Origin: Lawsonibacter sp.
GTDB lineage: Bacteria; Bacillota; Clostridia; Oscillospirales; Oscillospiraceae
Length of the DNA: 56,364 nucleotides
Direction: 5' to 3'
Assembly (NCBI GenBank): GCA_045591745.1
Contig: JAZNTL010000120.1
Location: 1 to 56,364, forward strand
Position numbers and translations under genes: made by a program. Below the pieces are notes generated by a model. That model was not told the origin of the DNA. It made no database searches and worked only from the letters and a program-made list of their open reading frames with translations. Of this stretch, positions 1 through 7,940 are shown in pieces (the stretch's first letter is position 1; every line of letters starts with the position of its first letter).

Positions 1-975
1 CGTTTCTTCGGTTACAACAACATCCCCTGCACCCTCGTCAGCGGCGAGACCACTCAGGGCGGCTATTCTCCCGAGCAGAAGCTGGAGCAGCTGCTGGGCA
101 GCGTGTGCCGTACCTGCGGCTATGACGAGATCATCACCTACTCCTTCATCAGCCCCACCTATTATGACAAGATCCGCTGGGCCGCTGACGATGCCCGCCG
201 CGCCTCCTTCAAGATCCTGAACCCCCTGGGCGAGGATACCTCCATCATGCGCACCACCGTGCTGCCCTCCATGCTGGAGATCCTGACCCGCAATTACAAC
301 TTCCGTAACAAGGCCGCCAAGCTGTACGAGGTAGGCCGCATCTACCTGCCCGGCGGCGAGGACGGTCTGGCCGTGGAAAACAAGGTACTGTCCATGGGCG
401 CTTACGGCGCGGACATGGACTTCTTCGCCATGAAGGGTGTCATCGAGGCCATTCTGAAGAACATCCGGGCAGAAGACGTGCGCTTTGAGCTTCCCTGCCG
501 CCCCAATCCCTCCTACCACCCCGGCCGCTGCGCCGATGTGTATGCCGGCGACCGCCGCTTGGGCGTGTTCGGTCAGATCCATCCTCTGGTGGCCCAGAAC
601 TATGGTGTGGATACCGAGCTGTACTGCGCGGAGCTGGACTTTGGCCAGCTGATGTGCGCCAAGGGCGCGGACGCGGTGTACGTACCCCTGCCCAAGTTCC
701 CCGCCGTCACCCGCGACATCGCCGTGGTGTGTGACGAGGCCGTCACCGTAGGCCAGCTGGAGGCCGCCATCCGCAAGGGCGGCAAGAACCTGCTCAAGGA
801 AGTGGCCCTGTTCGACATCTATCGCGGCAAGGGCGTGGACGCGGGCAAGAAGTCCGTGGCCTTTAATCTGGTCCTCCGGGCCGATGACCGCAGCCTGACC
901 GCAGACGAGGCCGATGCGGATGTCAAGTCTATTTTGGAGACTTTGGCCAAGGAGTGCGGCGCTGTCCTGCGCTAA
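1..975 (+). CDS. pheT: Phenylalanine--tRNA ligase beta subunit (5'-truncated by window edge)
   Basis: Frame is open from base 1 (RFFGYNNIP...). It has NPLGEDTSIMRTT, YHPGRCA and the C-terminal FDX-ACB domain (PKFPAVTRDIA...LFDIYRG...KKSVAF). Confidence 0.97.
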   Translation, partial: RFFGYNNIPCTLVSGETTQGGYSPEQKLEQLLGSVCRTCGYDEIITYSFISPTYYDKIRWAADDARRASFKILNPLGEDTSIMRTTVLPSMLEILTRNYNFRNKAAKLYEVGRIYLPGGEDGLAVENKVLSMGAYGADMDFFAMKGVIEAILKNIRAEDVRFELPCRPNPSYHPGRCADVYAGDRRLGVFGQIHPLVAQNYGVDTELYCAELDFGQLMCAKGADAVYVPLPKFPAVTRDIAVVCDEAVTVGQLEAAIRKGGKNLLKEVALFDIYRGKGVDAGKKSVAFNLVLRADDRSLTADEADADVKSILETLAKECGAVLR

Positions 976-1004
976 GTGACCTTCAACAATGAAATACGCA
1001 GCCC

Positions 1005-1130
1005 AAAAGCTTCCCCTCGGGGGAAGCTGGCGAGCGCAGCGAGACTGATGAGGGGGCGATCAACCGGGATTTTCCGGCATCGCCCCCTCATCCGGCCCTT
1101 CGGCCCACCTTCCCCCAAGGGGAAGGTTTT
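1005..1130. repeat. REP-like palindromic doublet (CTTCCCC..GGGGAAG family)
   Basis: Terminal hairpins aagcttcccctcgggggaagct and ccttcccccaaggggaagg flank an inner IR gatgagggggcgat...atcgccccctcatc. Related copies are at 7293 and 23307. Confidence 0.75.
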
Positions 1131-1145
1131 TTATTTGGTTTTTTC

Positions 1146-1298
1146 CTATGATCCTTCCGCTATATACTGCTCCTCCGCCTCCTGCTGGGCGGCAATGAGC
1201 CGCTGACGGGCCAGACCGTAGTTGTCTTCCTCCATGTGTTCCAACGCGTCCGCCACCGCTCCAAACAATTTAAAGTATAGCGCCTGATAATCCGGCAT
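1146..1298 (-). CDS. Small hypothetical protein (50 aa)
   Basis: Translated by hand as MPDYQALYFKLFGAVADALEHMEEDNYGLARQRLIAAQQEAEEQYIAEGS*. GAGGTG RBS upstream; below the ORF-track length cutoff. Confidence 0.6.
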   Translation of the reverse strand: MPDYQALYFKLFGAVADALEHMEEDNYGLARQRLIAAQQEAEEQYIAEGS

Positions 1299-1418
1299 AA
1301 AATCACCTCATCGGACAAGTTAGCACAGATATTATATCAAACTCAACTTTAGAGGTCAAGTGACCTCATATAATTCTTCTCCTCTTGCTATCATAACAGG
1401 CAAGAGGGGAGTGATCAT

Positions 1419-1664
1419 ATGGTCAGCGCAGAATTGATCGGCAGTGTTATCGCAAGCCATCGCAGATCCAAAGGCCTTTCTCAGGAGGTCCTAAGTGGCC
1501 TTGCCGGACTGGACCGGACACATTACAGCAAAATCGAACGTGGTCTGCGCAGTCCCACCATTGACACTCTTTTTAAAATCGCACACGCTTTGGATATGCC
1601 CGCCCATGAGCTGGTCCACGCCATTGAAACCGCTTTCAAGGAACAAAATGGCCATGCGCTATGA
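1419..1664 (+). CDS. XRE-family HTH transcriptional regulator
   Basis: GLSQEVLSGLAGLDRTHYSKIERGLRSPTIDTLFKIAHAL is a cro/C1 HTH; GAGGGGAG RBS. Confidence 0.9.
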   Translation: MVSAELIGSVIASHRRSKGLSQEVLSGLAGLDRTHYSKIERGLRSPTIDTLFKIAHALDMPAHELVHAIETAFKEQNGHAL

Positions 1665-1890
1665 AATGATGAAGTTCGAAACCATCCGCAATCTTCGTAT
1701 CGACGGTGGCTATACGCAAGCACAAATTGCAGAATATTTGAATGTAAAGCAAAACACCTATTCTCAATACGAAATTGGAACGCTAAATTATCCTATTGAT
1801 GTGCTGATAAAACTCGCTGACTTCTACGATGTCAGTGTGGATTATTTGTTGGGCCGTACGACCGTAAAGGCTCCTTATCCCAAAAAGTAA
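1648..1890 (+). CDS. XRE-family HTH transcriptional regulator
   Basis: IRNLRIDGGYTQAQIAEYLNVKQNTYSQYEIG...LIKLADFYDVSVDYLLGRT. Start uncertain (1648, 1666 or 1669). Confidence 0.88.
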   Translation: MAMRYEMMKFETIRNLRIDGGYTQAQIAEYLNVKQNTYSQYEIGTLNYPIDVLIKLADFYDVSVDYLLGRTTVKAPYPKK

Positions 1891-1901
1891 TACACCTTGT
1901 G

Positions 1902-1928
1902 CCCCACCGTCTTTGGCGGTGGGGTTTT
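1902..1928 (+). terminator. Rho-independent terminator
   Basis: ccccaccgtc-ttt-ggcggtgggg followed by tttt, directly after the XRE pair. Confidence 0.6.
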
Positions 1929-1945
1929 CCCTATGCCGAGAAGAA

Positions 1946-2062
1946 AAGGCTCCCCTGTGTAAGGGGAGCTGTCAGCCGTCAGGCTGGCTGAGGGGTTGTC
2001 CGTCCCTATGCAAACAATCCCTCCGCCCCTTCGGGGCACCTCCCTTTACACAAGGGAGGCTT
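1946..2062. repeat. REP-like palindromic doublet (CTCCC..GTGTAA..GGGAG family)
   Basis: gctcccctgtgtaaggggagc ... cctccctttacacaagggagg. A related copy is at 19622-19768. Confidence 0.75.
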
Positions 2063-2143
2063 AAACATATACCCTCTCCGCAAATTGTATTGCCGCGTCA
2101 TTTGTGATATAATAATACCATCCTGTTTTAACGGAGGCACAAC

Positions 2144-2827
2144 ATGTTCTACTGGGACTCCACCTATTTCCTCGTTCTCATCGGCGCGGTCATTTCCCTG
2201 ATCGCCTCGTCCAACGTCACACGCACCTTCAACAAATTCAAAACCTTTCCCAATGCCCGGCGGCTGACCGCCGAGACAGTTGCCGCCAATATCCTGCGTC
2301 TGTCCGGCATCACCGACGTGCGCATTGAGCGCATCAAGGGCAACCTCACCGACCACTACTCCCCTACGGAAAAGGTGCTGCGCCTGTCCGACAGCGTGTA
2401 CGGCCAGACCTCCGTGGCTGCGTTGGGTGTAGCCGCCCACGAATGCGGCCATGCCATCCAGCATCACGTGGGCTACGCGCCTTTGAAGCTGCGCTCCCTG
2501 TCCGTGCCCGCCGCCAACTTCGGCTCCAAGCTGTCATGGCCGCTCATTCTCATCGGCATCCTGATGGGCAACACCGGACTTGCTCAGGCGGGTGTGCTGC
2601 TGTTCTCCTTCGTGGTGGCCTTTCAGCTCATCACCCTGCCCGTGGAGTTCAATGCTTCCCGCAGAGCCATGGTCATCCTGCGGGACGCGAACATCCTGTA
2701 TGGCGAGGAACTGACCGGCGCGCAAAAAGTGCTGTCCGCCGCCGCGCTGACCTATGTGGCCGCCGTGGCCTCCAGCCTGCTGCAGCTTCTGCGGCTGGTG
2801 CTGCTGACCCGCAGAAGCAGACGCTGA
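2144..2827 (+). CDS. Membrane neutral zinc metallopeptidase (YugP/Zn_peptidase_2 family)
   Basis: GNLTDHYSP, AAHECGHAIQH (HExxH), TLPVEFNASRRA, AAALTYVA. Confidence 0.93.
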   Translation: MFYWDSTYFLVLIGAVISLIASSNVTRTFNKFKTFPNARRLTAETVAANILRLSGITDVRIERIKGNLTDHYSPTEKVLRLSDSVYGQTSVAALGVAAHECGHAIQHHVGYAPLKLRSLSVPAANFGSKLSWPLILIGILMGNTGLAQAGVLLFSFVVAFQLITLPVEFNASRRAMVILRDANILYGEELTGAQKVLSAAALTYVAAVASSLLQLLRLVLLTRRSRR

Positions 2828-2833
2828 TCTCAT

Positions 2834-2870
2834 AAAAAATGAGGATGTCCGTTGGACATCCTCATTTTTT
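2834..2870. terminator. Bidirectional terminator
   Basis: aaaaaatgaggatgtcc-gtt-ggacatcctcatttttt between convergent genes. Confidence 0.75.
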
Positions 2871-2876
2871 ATTCTC

Positions 2877-3368
2877 TTACAGCAGGTTTTCCAGTTCTTC
2901 TGGGGTAAAGGAAAGCACGCCTTTCTCTTTGGCGGCCTGCCAGCCGTCGTAATATGCCTGCATATCCCCCGGTGCGGCAGGGTCAAACCAGTCCCGCTGT
3001 CCCGGATTTTCATAGTTGAGATAATAGACCCGCTGGAGGGTTTCCCCCGCCTTGGTCACATAGGTCACATGGGTATAGTACCCTTTCTCCTTGACCCACG
3101 CCATCTCCACCGCAGTCACCCGCTGGATGTTGTCCCGCTCCTCCTGAAGCATCAGGTGAACGGACTGCTCCGCCGCACTCTGAGGATCCGACCGGTCGCC
3201 TTGGGGCAGCAAAAACGCAAGTGCCGCCACGATGGCCACAAACGCGATTCCTGCGGCGGCCAGAAACAGCAAGGTTTTGGGCCGGACAGGAATGGGTCTC
3301 AGCAGGGTGTGGTCCTGCGTATGGGCAAATTCATGCATATGATTTTCGTTCCAGTCGGCTACTTTCAT
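2877..3368 (-). CDS. Hypothetical single-TM membrane protein
   Basis: GGAGG RBS before the ATG at 3368; hydrophobic span LLFLAAAGIAFVAIVAALAFLL. Confidence 0.65.
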   Translation of the reverse strand: MKVADWNENHMHEFAHTQDHTLLRPIPVRPKTLLFLAAAGIAFVAIVAALAFLLPQGDRSDPQSAAEQSVHLMLQEERDNIQRVTAVEMAWVKEKGYYTHVTYVTKAGETLQRVYYLNYENPGQRDWFDPAAPGDMQAYYDGWQAAKEKGVLSFTPEELENLL

Positions 3369-3440
3369 CCATACCCCTCCTAATTGGCACATTTTATTTG
3401 TTAATATTTTAACATACTCATTTCTCGGTGTCAACTGAAT

Positions 3441-5027
3441 TTATACACCGCTAATGGCCACAGCCTCCGCCACCCGGATGCCGTCCACGGCAGCGGATAC
3501 GATACCGCCGGCATAGCCCGCGCCCTCGCCGCAGGGAAACAGCCCCCGCACAGCGGACTGGCAGGTCTCGTCCCGGATGATGCGCACGGGAGAGGACGAC
3601 CGGGTCTCCACACCCGTCAACACTGCCTCCGGATGGGCAAAGCCCCGCAGCTTGCGGTCCAACAGAGGGATAGCCCCCCGCAGGGTGTCGGTCACATAGT
3701 CGGGCAAACAGCCCTCCAGCCGCGTCCACTTCACACCGGGGCGGTATGTGGGCAGGATGCTCCCCGCCCCCTCTGAGGGACAGTCAGCCAGAAAGTCGCC
3801 CACCAGCTGGGCGGGGGCAAACCAGTTTTCCCCTCCCAGCTGATAGGCTGCCTGCTCCCACTGTTCCTGAAAGCGCACACCGGCCAGCGGGTCGCCGCCG
3901 GGGAAGTCACCGGGACCAACTCCCACCAGAAAACCACCGTTGATATTCTCTGCATCCCGGGCGCGCAGGCTCATGCCGTTGGTCACCAGCTGACCCGGCT
4001 CGCTGGCGGCTGCCACTACCTGTCCGCCGGGGCAGACGCAGAAGGAAAAGGCCGAGCGTCCGTTGGGCAGATGGCAGGCCAGCTTATAGTCCGACGGGGG
4101 CAGCCGCTCCCATGCAGGCCCGTACTGACGCAGGCTCACCGCCTTTTGGCTGTGCTCGATACGCACACCGATGGCAAAGGGCTTCTGCTCCATAGGTACA
4201 CCCGCCTGTTCCAGCATGCGGAAGGTGTCCCGGGCGGAATGCCCCGGAGCAAGTATAAGCGCTTTACACAGAAGTTCATATCTGCCGTTCGGCCCTTCCA
4301 CCGTGACGCTTTCCACACCGTCAGCGCCCGTTTTTACCCCGCACAATTTACTTTCAAAGCGTACGTCGCAGCCCAGCTCTATCAGCTCCTGCCGCACACT
4401 TTTCACCACGTCCCGCAGCACGTCTGTGCCGATGTGGGGCTTGTGGGACCAGACCACGTCCTCCGGCGCGCCGTGGGCGACCAGTGTGTCCAGCACGGCA
4501 CTGATGCGGCTGTCGTGGGTGCCGGTGGTCAGCTTCCCGTCGGAGAATGTGCCTGCGCCACCCTCGCCAAACTGCACGTTGGACCCCGGGTCCAGCGGTC
4601 CGCCGTTCCAGAACGTCTCTACGTTCCGGGTGCGTTCTTCCACCTTGCGCCCCCGCTCCAGCACGACGGGCGGCAGGCCCGCCCGGGCCAGAAACAGTGC
4701 GGCAAACAAGCCCGCAGGCCCCATTCCCACCACCACAGAGGGGACACCGCCCTTGCGCCGCACCGCGGGGAACTCATAGGGCTGGGGTGCGTACAGCGCG
4801 GCCTTGGAGTTGCCTGCGCCACGAAGCACTGCTTCCTCCCGGGCCACGGTCACATCCACGGTGTAGACATAGTGCACGTCGTTCTTGTTGCGTGCGTCGA
4901 TGGACTGCCGGGCAACGGTCATTTCCTCAATGGTGCCGGGCTTGATGTTCAGCGCCCGGGCCGCGCGCTTTTTCAGTTGTTCCATGTCGCCGTTCAGTGG
5001 CAGGACAAGGTCGCGGACTCGGATCAT
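3441..5027 (-). CDS. NAD(P)/FAD-dependent oxidoreductase (COG2509-like)
   Basis: VVVGMGPAGLFAA, SNVQFGEGGAGTFSDGKL, GVETRSSSP, GEGAGYAGGIVSAAVDG. Confidence 0.92.
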   Translation of the reverse strand: MIRVRDLVLPLNGDMEQLKKRAARALNIKPGTIEEMTVARQSIDARNKNDVHYVYTVDVTVAREEAVLRGAGNSKAALYAPQPYEFPAVRRKGGVPSVVVGMGPAGLFAALFLARAGLPPVVLERGRKVEERTRNVETFWNGGPLDPGSNVQFGEGGAGTFSDGKLTTGTHDSRISAVLDTLVAHGAPEDVVWSHKPHIGTDVLRDVVKSVRQELIELGCDVRFESKLCGVKTGADGVESVTVEGPNGRYELLCKALILAPGHSARDTFRMLEQAGVPMEQKPFAIGVRIEHSQKAVSLRQYGPAWERLPPSDYKLACHLPNGRSAFSFCVCPGGQVVAAASEPGQLVTNGMSLRARDAENINGGFLVGVGPGDFPGGDPLAGVRFQEQWEQAAYQLGGENWFAPAQLVGDFLADCPSEGAGSILPTYRPGVKWTRLEGCLPDYVTDTLRGAIPLLDRKLRGFAHPEAVLTGVETRSSSPVRIIRDETCQSAVRGLFPCGEGAGYAGGIVSAAVDGIRVAEAVAISGV

Positions 5028-5119
5028 GGAGCTCACCTCACAAATTGCTATGCTTAGTTTAACACACAGCTGCAGGAAAAGAAATACACAGATAAATGAT
5101 GATTTACACCAGCGCGCAG

Positions 5120-5152
5120 AAAAAGCGGCTCGCCAAGGCGAGCCGCTCTTTT
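5120..5152 (-). terminator. Terminator downstream of mreB
   Basis: aaaaagcggctcgcc-aa-ggcgagccgct; the T-run lies on the minus strand. Confidence 0.65.
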
Positions 5153-5153
5153 A

Positions 5154-6197
5154 TCAGTAATTCATCTGCTTTCTTCTGGACAGGTTCATGGTGCCGTCCT
5201 GCATAGCGTCCAGGCTGTCCAGGCTCTTGCCGGTGCCGTAAGCCACACAGGAGATGGCATCGTCAGCCACGTGGGTCTGGATGCCAGTATGGGACTCGAT
5301 GAGCTTGTCAAAGCCCCACACAAGACTGCCGCCGCCGGTCATGACGATACCGTTGGTGGAGATGTCGGCCACCAGTTCGGGGGGAGTGCGCTCCAGAACA
5401 CCGTGGATGGCCTCCAGAATGTGGCCGGAGACCTCTTCAAAGGCCTCGGTAGTCTCGCTGGAGGAAACGGTGAATTCACGGGGCAGACCGGTCATCAGGC
5501 AGCGGCCCTTGATCTGCATGGAGACCTCCTCCGGACGGGGGAATACGCAGCCGATGGTCATCTTCAGTTCCTCTGCAGTACGCTCACCGATGAGCACGTT
5601 GTACTTGCGGCGGATGTACTTGATGATGGCTTCGTCAAACTTGTCACCGCCAGTCTTGATGGAGGCGGACTCCACCACGCCGGACAGGGAGATGACCGCA
5701 ATGTCAGCCGTACCGCCGCCGATGTCCACGATCATGTGGCCGTCGGGCTTGGCAATGTCGATGCCGGCGCCGATGGCGGGGGGAACAGGCTCTTCGGTCA
5801 GATAGACCTTGCGGGGACCCGCCTGAATACCTGCGTCAATGACGGCGCGCTCTTCCACTTCGGTAATGCCGGAGGGCACGCAGATGATGAGCCGGGGCTT
5901 GAACACGCTCACGTTGCTCACCTTCTTGATGAACTCCTTGAGCATGCGCTCGGTCATGTCGTAGTCGGAGATCACACCCTCGCGCAGAGGACGCATGGCA
6001 ACGATGTTGCCGGGGGTACGGCCCAGCATGGCCTGGGCGTCCGCGCCCACCTTGAGCAGCTTGCCGGTGTTTCGGTCCATAGCCACCACGGAGGGCTCAC
6101 GCAGTACCACGCCCTTGCCCTTGATGTAAACCAGAATGGTGGCAGTACCAAGGTCGATACCGATATCCTTGCTGAAAAGTCCGCTGAAAATTCCCAT
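5154..6197 (-). CDS. mreB: Rod shape-determining protein MreB/Mbl
   Basis: DIGIDLGTA, REPSVVA, VDIGGGT, ERTPPEL, MTGGGSL. Start moved to the ATG at 6197. Confidence 0.93.
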   Translation of the reverse strand: MGIFSGLFSKDIGIDLGTATILVYIKGKGVVLREPSVVAMDRNTGKLLKVGADAQAMLGRTPGNIVAMRPLREGVISDYDMTERMLKEFIKKVSNVSVFKPRLIICVPSGITEVEERAVIDAGIQAGPRKVYLTEEPVPPAIGAGIDIAKPDGHMIVDIGGGTADIAVISLSGVVESASIKTGGDKFDEAIIKYIRRKYNVLIGERTAEELKMTIGCVFPRPEEVSMQIKGRCLMTGLPREFTVSSSETTEAFEEVSGHILEAIHGVLERTPPELVADISTNGIVMTGGGSLVWGFDKLIESHTGIQTHVADDAISCVAYGTGKSLDSLDAMQDGTMNLSRRKQMNY

Positions 6198-6341
6198 AAT
6201 CACACACCTGTCCGTTTCGCTTGTCAGCGTAATAGTTTTATCCAAATGGGGCGGGCAATATCCGCGCTCCACTTCTTTGCCCAAATATTATATCGGTTTC
6301 CCGGGCGCATTTCAACCGCAATTTATGAACATTTGCAGAAA

Positions 6342-7007
6342 TTATCTCCGCGTGCCCTCACCGGTCATGGCCAACGTGACGCAGCTCACCTGCTTTGCCC
6401 CTGCGGTGAGCAGCATCCGGGCGCACTCGGACAGGGTGGCTCCGCTGGTCATCACATCGTCCACCAGCAAAACACGCTTACCCTGCACCTGTTCGGGACT
6501 GAGCACAGCATAGGCACCCAAAACATTGGCCCGCCGCTCACTCTCGCTTTTCAGGGAGGATTGGGGCTTTGTGTGCCGCTTTCGTAAAAGCGGCTGACAG
6601 GGCATGTCCAGTTCTGCCGCAAGGCCATCTGCCAACAGTCGGGCCTGATCGTAGCCCCGCCTGTATCGCCGCCACCAGCTGACGGGAGCCCACGTAAGCA
6701 CATCAAACTCGCCGTCCAAATGGTCGTTTACGCATTGGGCCATCAGGGTGACATAGGGCCGGGTATAGGCACGCACACCGGAAAACTTGAAGCGGTGGTG
6801 ACTTTTCCGCACCGAGTCCCGATACCACAGGGGCGCCACGCAGACTTTGAAAAACTCTCCCTTGCGCTCCCCTGCCTTTCCCTGTGTCCACGGCAGGTCA
6901 CGCTGGCAATCCGGGCACAGCAAAGTCTGCCCCTTCTCCAGCAGTCTGCCGCAAAAGGGACATTTGGGCGGAAAGAGCAGGTCAAGAAAAGTGGAGGCAA
7001 GCCTCAA
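6342..7007 (-). CDS. ComF family competence protein (zinc finger + PRTase)
   Basis: LLFPPKCPFC...CPDC, RGYDQA, VLLVDDVMTSGAT. Confidence 0.92.
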   Translation of the reverse strand: MRLASTFLDLLFPPKCPFCGRLLEKGQTLLCPDCQRDLPWTQGKAGERKGEFFKVCVAPLWYRDSVRKSHHRFKFSGVRAYTRPYVTLMAQCVNDHLDGEFDVLTWAPVSWWRRYRRGYDQARLLADGLAAELDMPCQPLLRKRHTKPQSSLKSESERRANVLGAYAVLSPEQVQGKRVLLVDDVMTSGATLSECARMLLTAGAKQVSCVTLAMTGEGTRR

Positions 7008-7183
7008 GCTTCCAGATCCTCCGGGGTAATGGGGCCATGCTCTTTTTCAAAGTCGCGGATACACTTGTTAAACAGGTGCATCGCCAAGCTATTGACTGTT
7101 CTGTCATCGTACTTTGCGATATATACCAGTTTTTTGTGTATCTCCGGCGAAACCCGCAATCCGACATATTTGATCTCGTTCAT
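7004..7183 (-). CDS. Arc/ribbon-helix-helix family small DNA-binding protein (59 aa)
   Basis: Translated by hand as MNEIKYVGLRVSPEIHKKLVYIAKYDDRTVNSLAMHLFNKCIRDFEKEHGPITPEDLEA*. GAGGA RBS; its stop overlaps the comF TTG start. Confidence 0.75.
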   Translation of the reverse strand: MNEIKYVGLRVSPEIHKKLVYIAKYDDRTVNSLAMHLFNKCIRDFEKEHGPITPEDLEA

Positions 7184-7292
7184 ATGACCACATCCTCAAT
7201 GCACGCATCTGCGTGCTATCTGAGTTTATGGTATCCATATTTTCTTGTGACGAGTTCATTATGCACACAAAAGCGCGCACTATTTGTGTGAT

Positions 7293-7344
7293 AAAACCTT
7301 CCCTTGGGGGAAGGTGGCATTGCGAAGCAAATGACGGATGAGGG
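7293..7344. repeat. REP-like half element
   Basis: aaaaccttcccttgggggaaggtggc...gacggatgaggg resembles the reverse complement of the right half of 1005-1130. Confidence 0.7.
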
Positions 7345-7396
7345 ACTGAGGTGCGCGGATTGCGCGCACCACAATATCTCCGCAATGCTTTGTATC

Positions 7397-7579
7397 TTAC
7401 TTCTCCATGTCTTCCGGGTTAATCGGTCCGTTGGTTTTCTCAAACTCCCGAACGCACCGTTGCATCAGATACAAGATCTGTCCGCTCATGGTGCGTCCCT
7501 CCGCCCCGGCCACATATTGAAACCGGTCGTGCAGCTCCGGGTTCATGCGGATGCTCAAGTGGACTTTCTCTTTCCCCAT
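7397..7579 (-). CDS. Arc/ribbon-helix-helix family small DNA-binding protein (60 aa)
   Basis: MGKEKVHLSIRMNPELHDRFQYVAGAEGRTMSGQILYLMQRCVREFEKTNGPINPEDMEK; paralogous to 7004-7183. Confidence 0.78.
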   Translation of the reverse strand: MGKEKVHLSIRMNPELHDRFQYVAGAEGRTMSGQILYLMQRCVREFEKTNGPINPEDMEK

Positions 7580-7604
7580 GCTTCTTTCCCCTTTTATTTT
7601 ATAT

Positions 7605-7920
7605 TTCGCCCCGCGGGGCGAGTTCCTTTGCAACGATGCAAAGGAACCAAAAATCGCCGGGGGTGGACACGATGAAACTTCGGCGCATCCGCCTTGTTTC
7701 ATATGCTGTCCCACCCCCGGACCCCCATTACGGAGAACGCATTCCCGTTAATTGTATCGCGTTTCCGGCGCGCAAAATTTGAGTGGTCTACGCCTTTTTA
7801 TCCGGGGCGCCCTGCCCCTGCTTCCATCAAAATTTGTTTGCTTTGCGCATTTTATTTCCGCGCCTTCGTATCCAAGCTACGGCAGTTTTCCGATACTTGC
7901 AGAGGTAGTCCACTCACCTG
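7605..7920. repeat. Multi-hairpin intergenic element (MITE-like or structured RNA)
   Basis: Hairpins tcgcccc-gc-ggggcga, gttcctttgca-acga-tgcaaaggaac, ccgggggtgg...ccacccccgg and tgagtgg.ctac...gtag.ccactca. Confidence 0.55.
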
Positions 7921-7940
7921 CGGAAGCGACGAAAGCCCCC

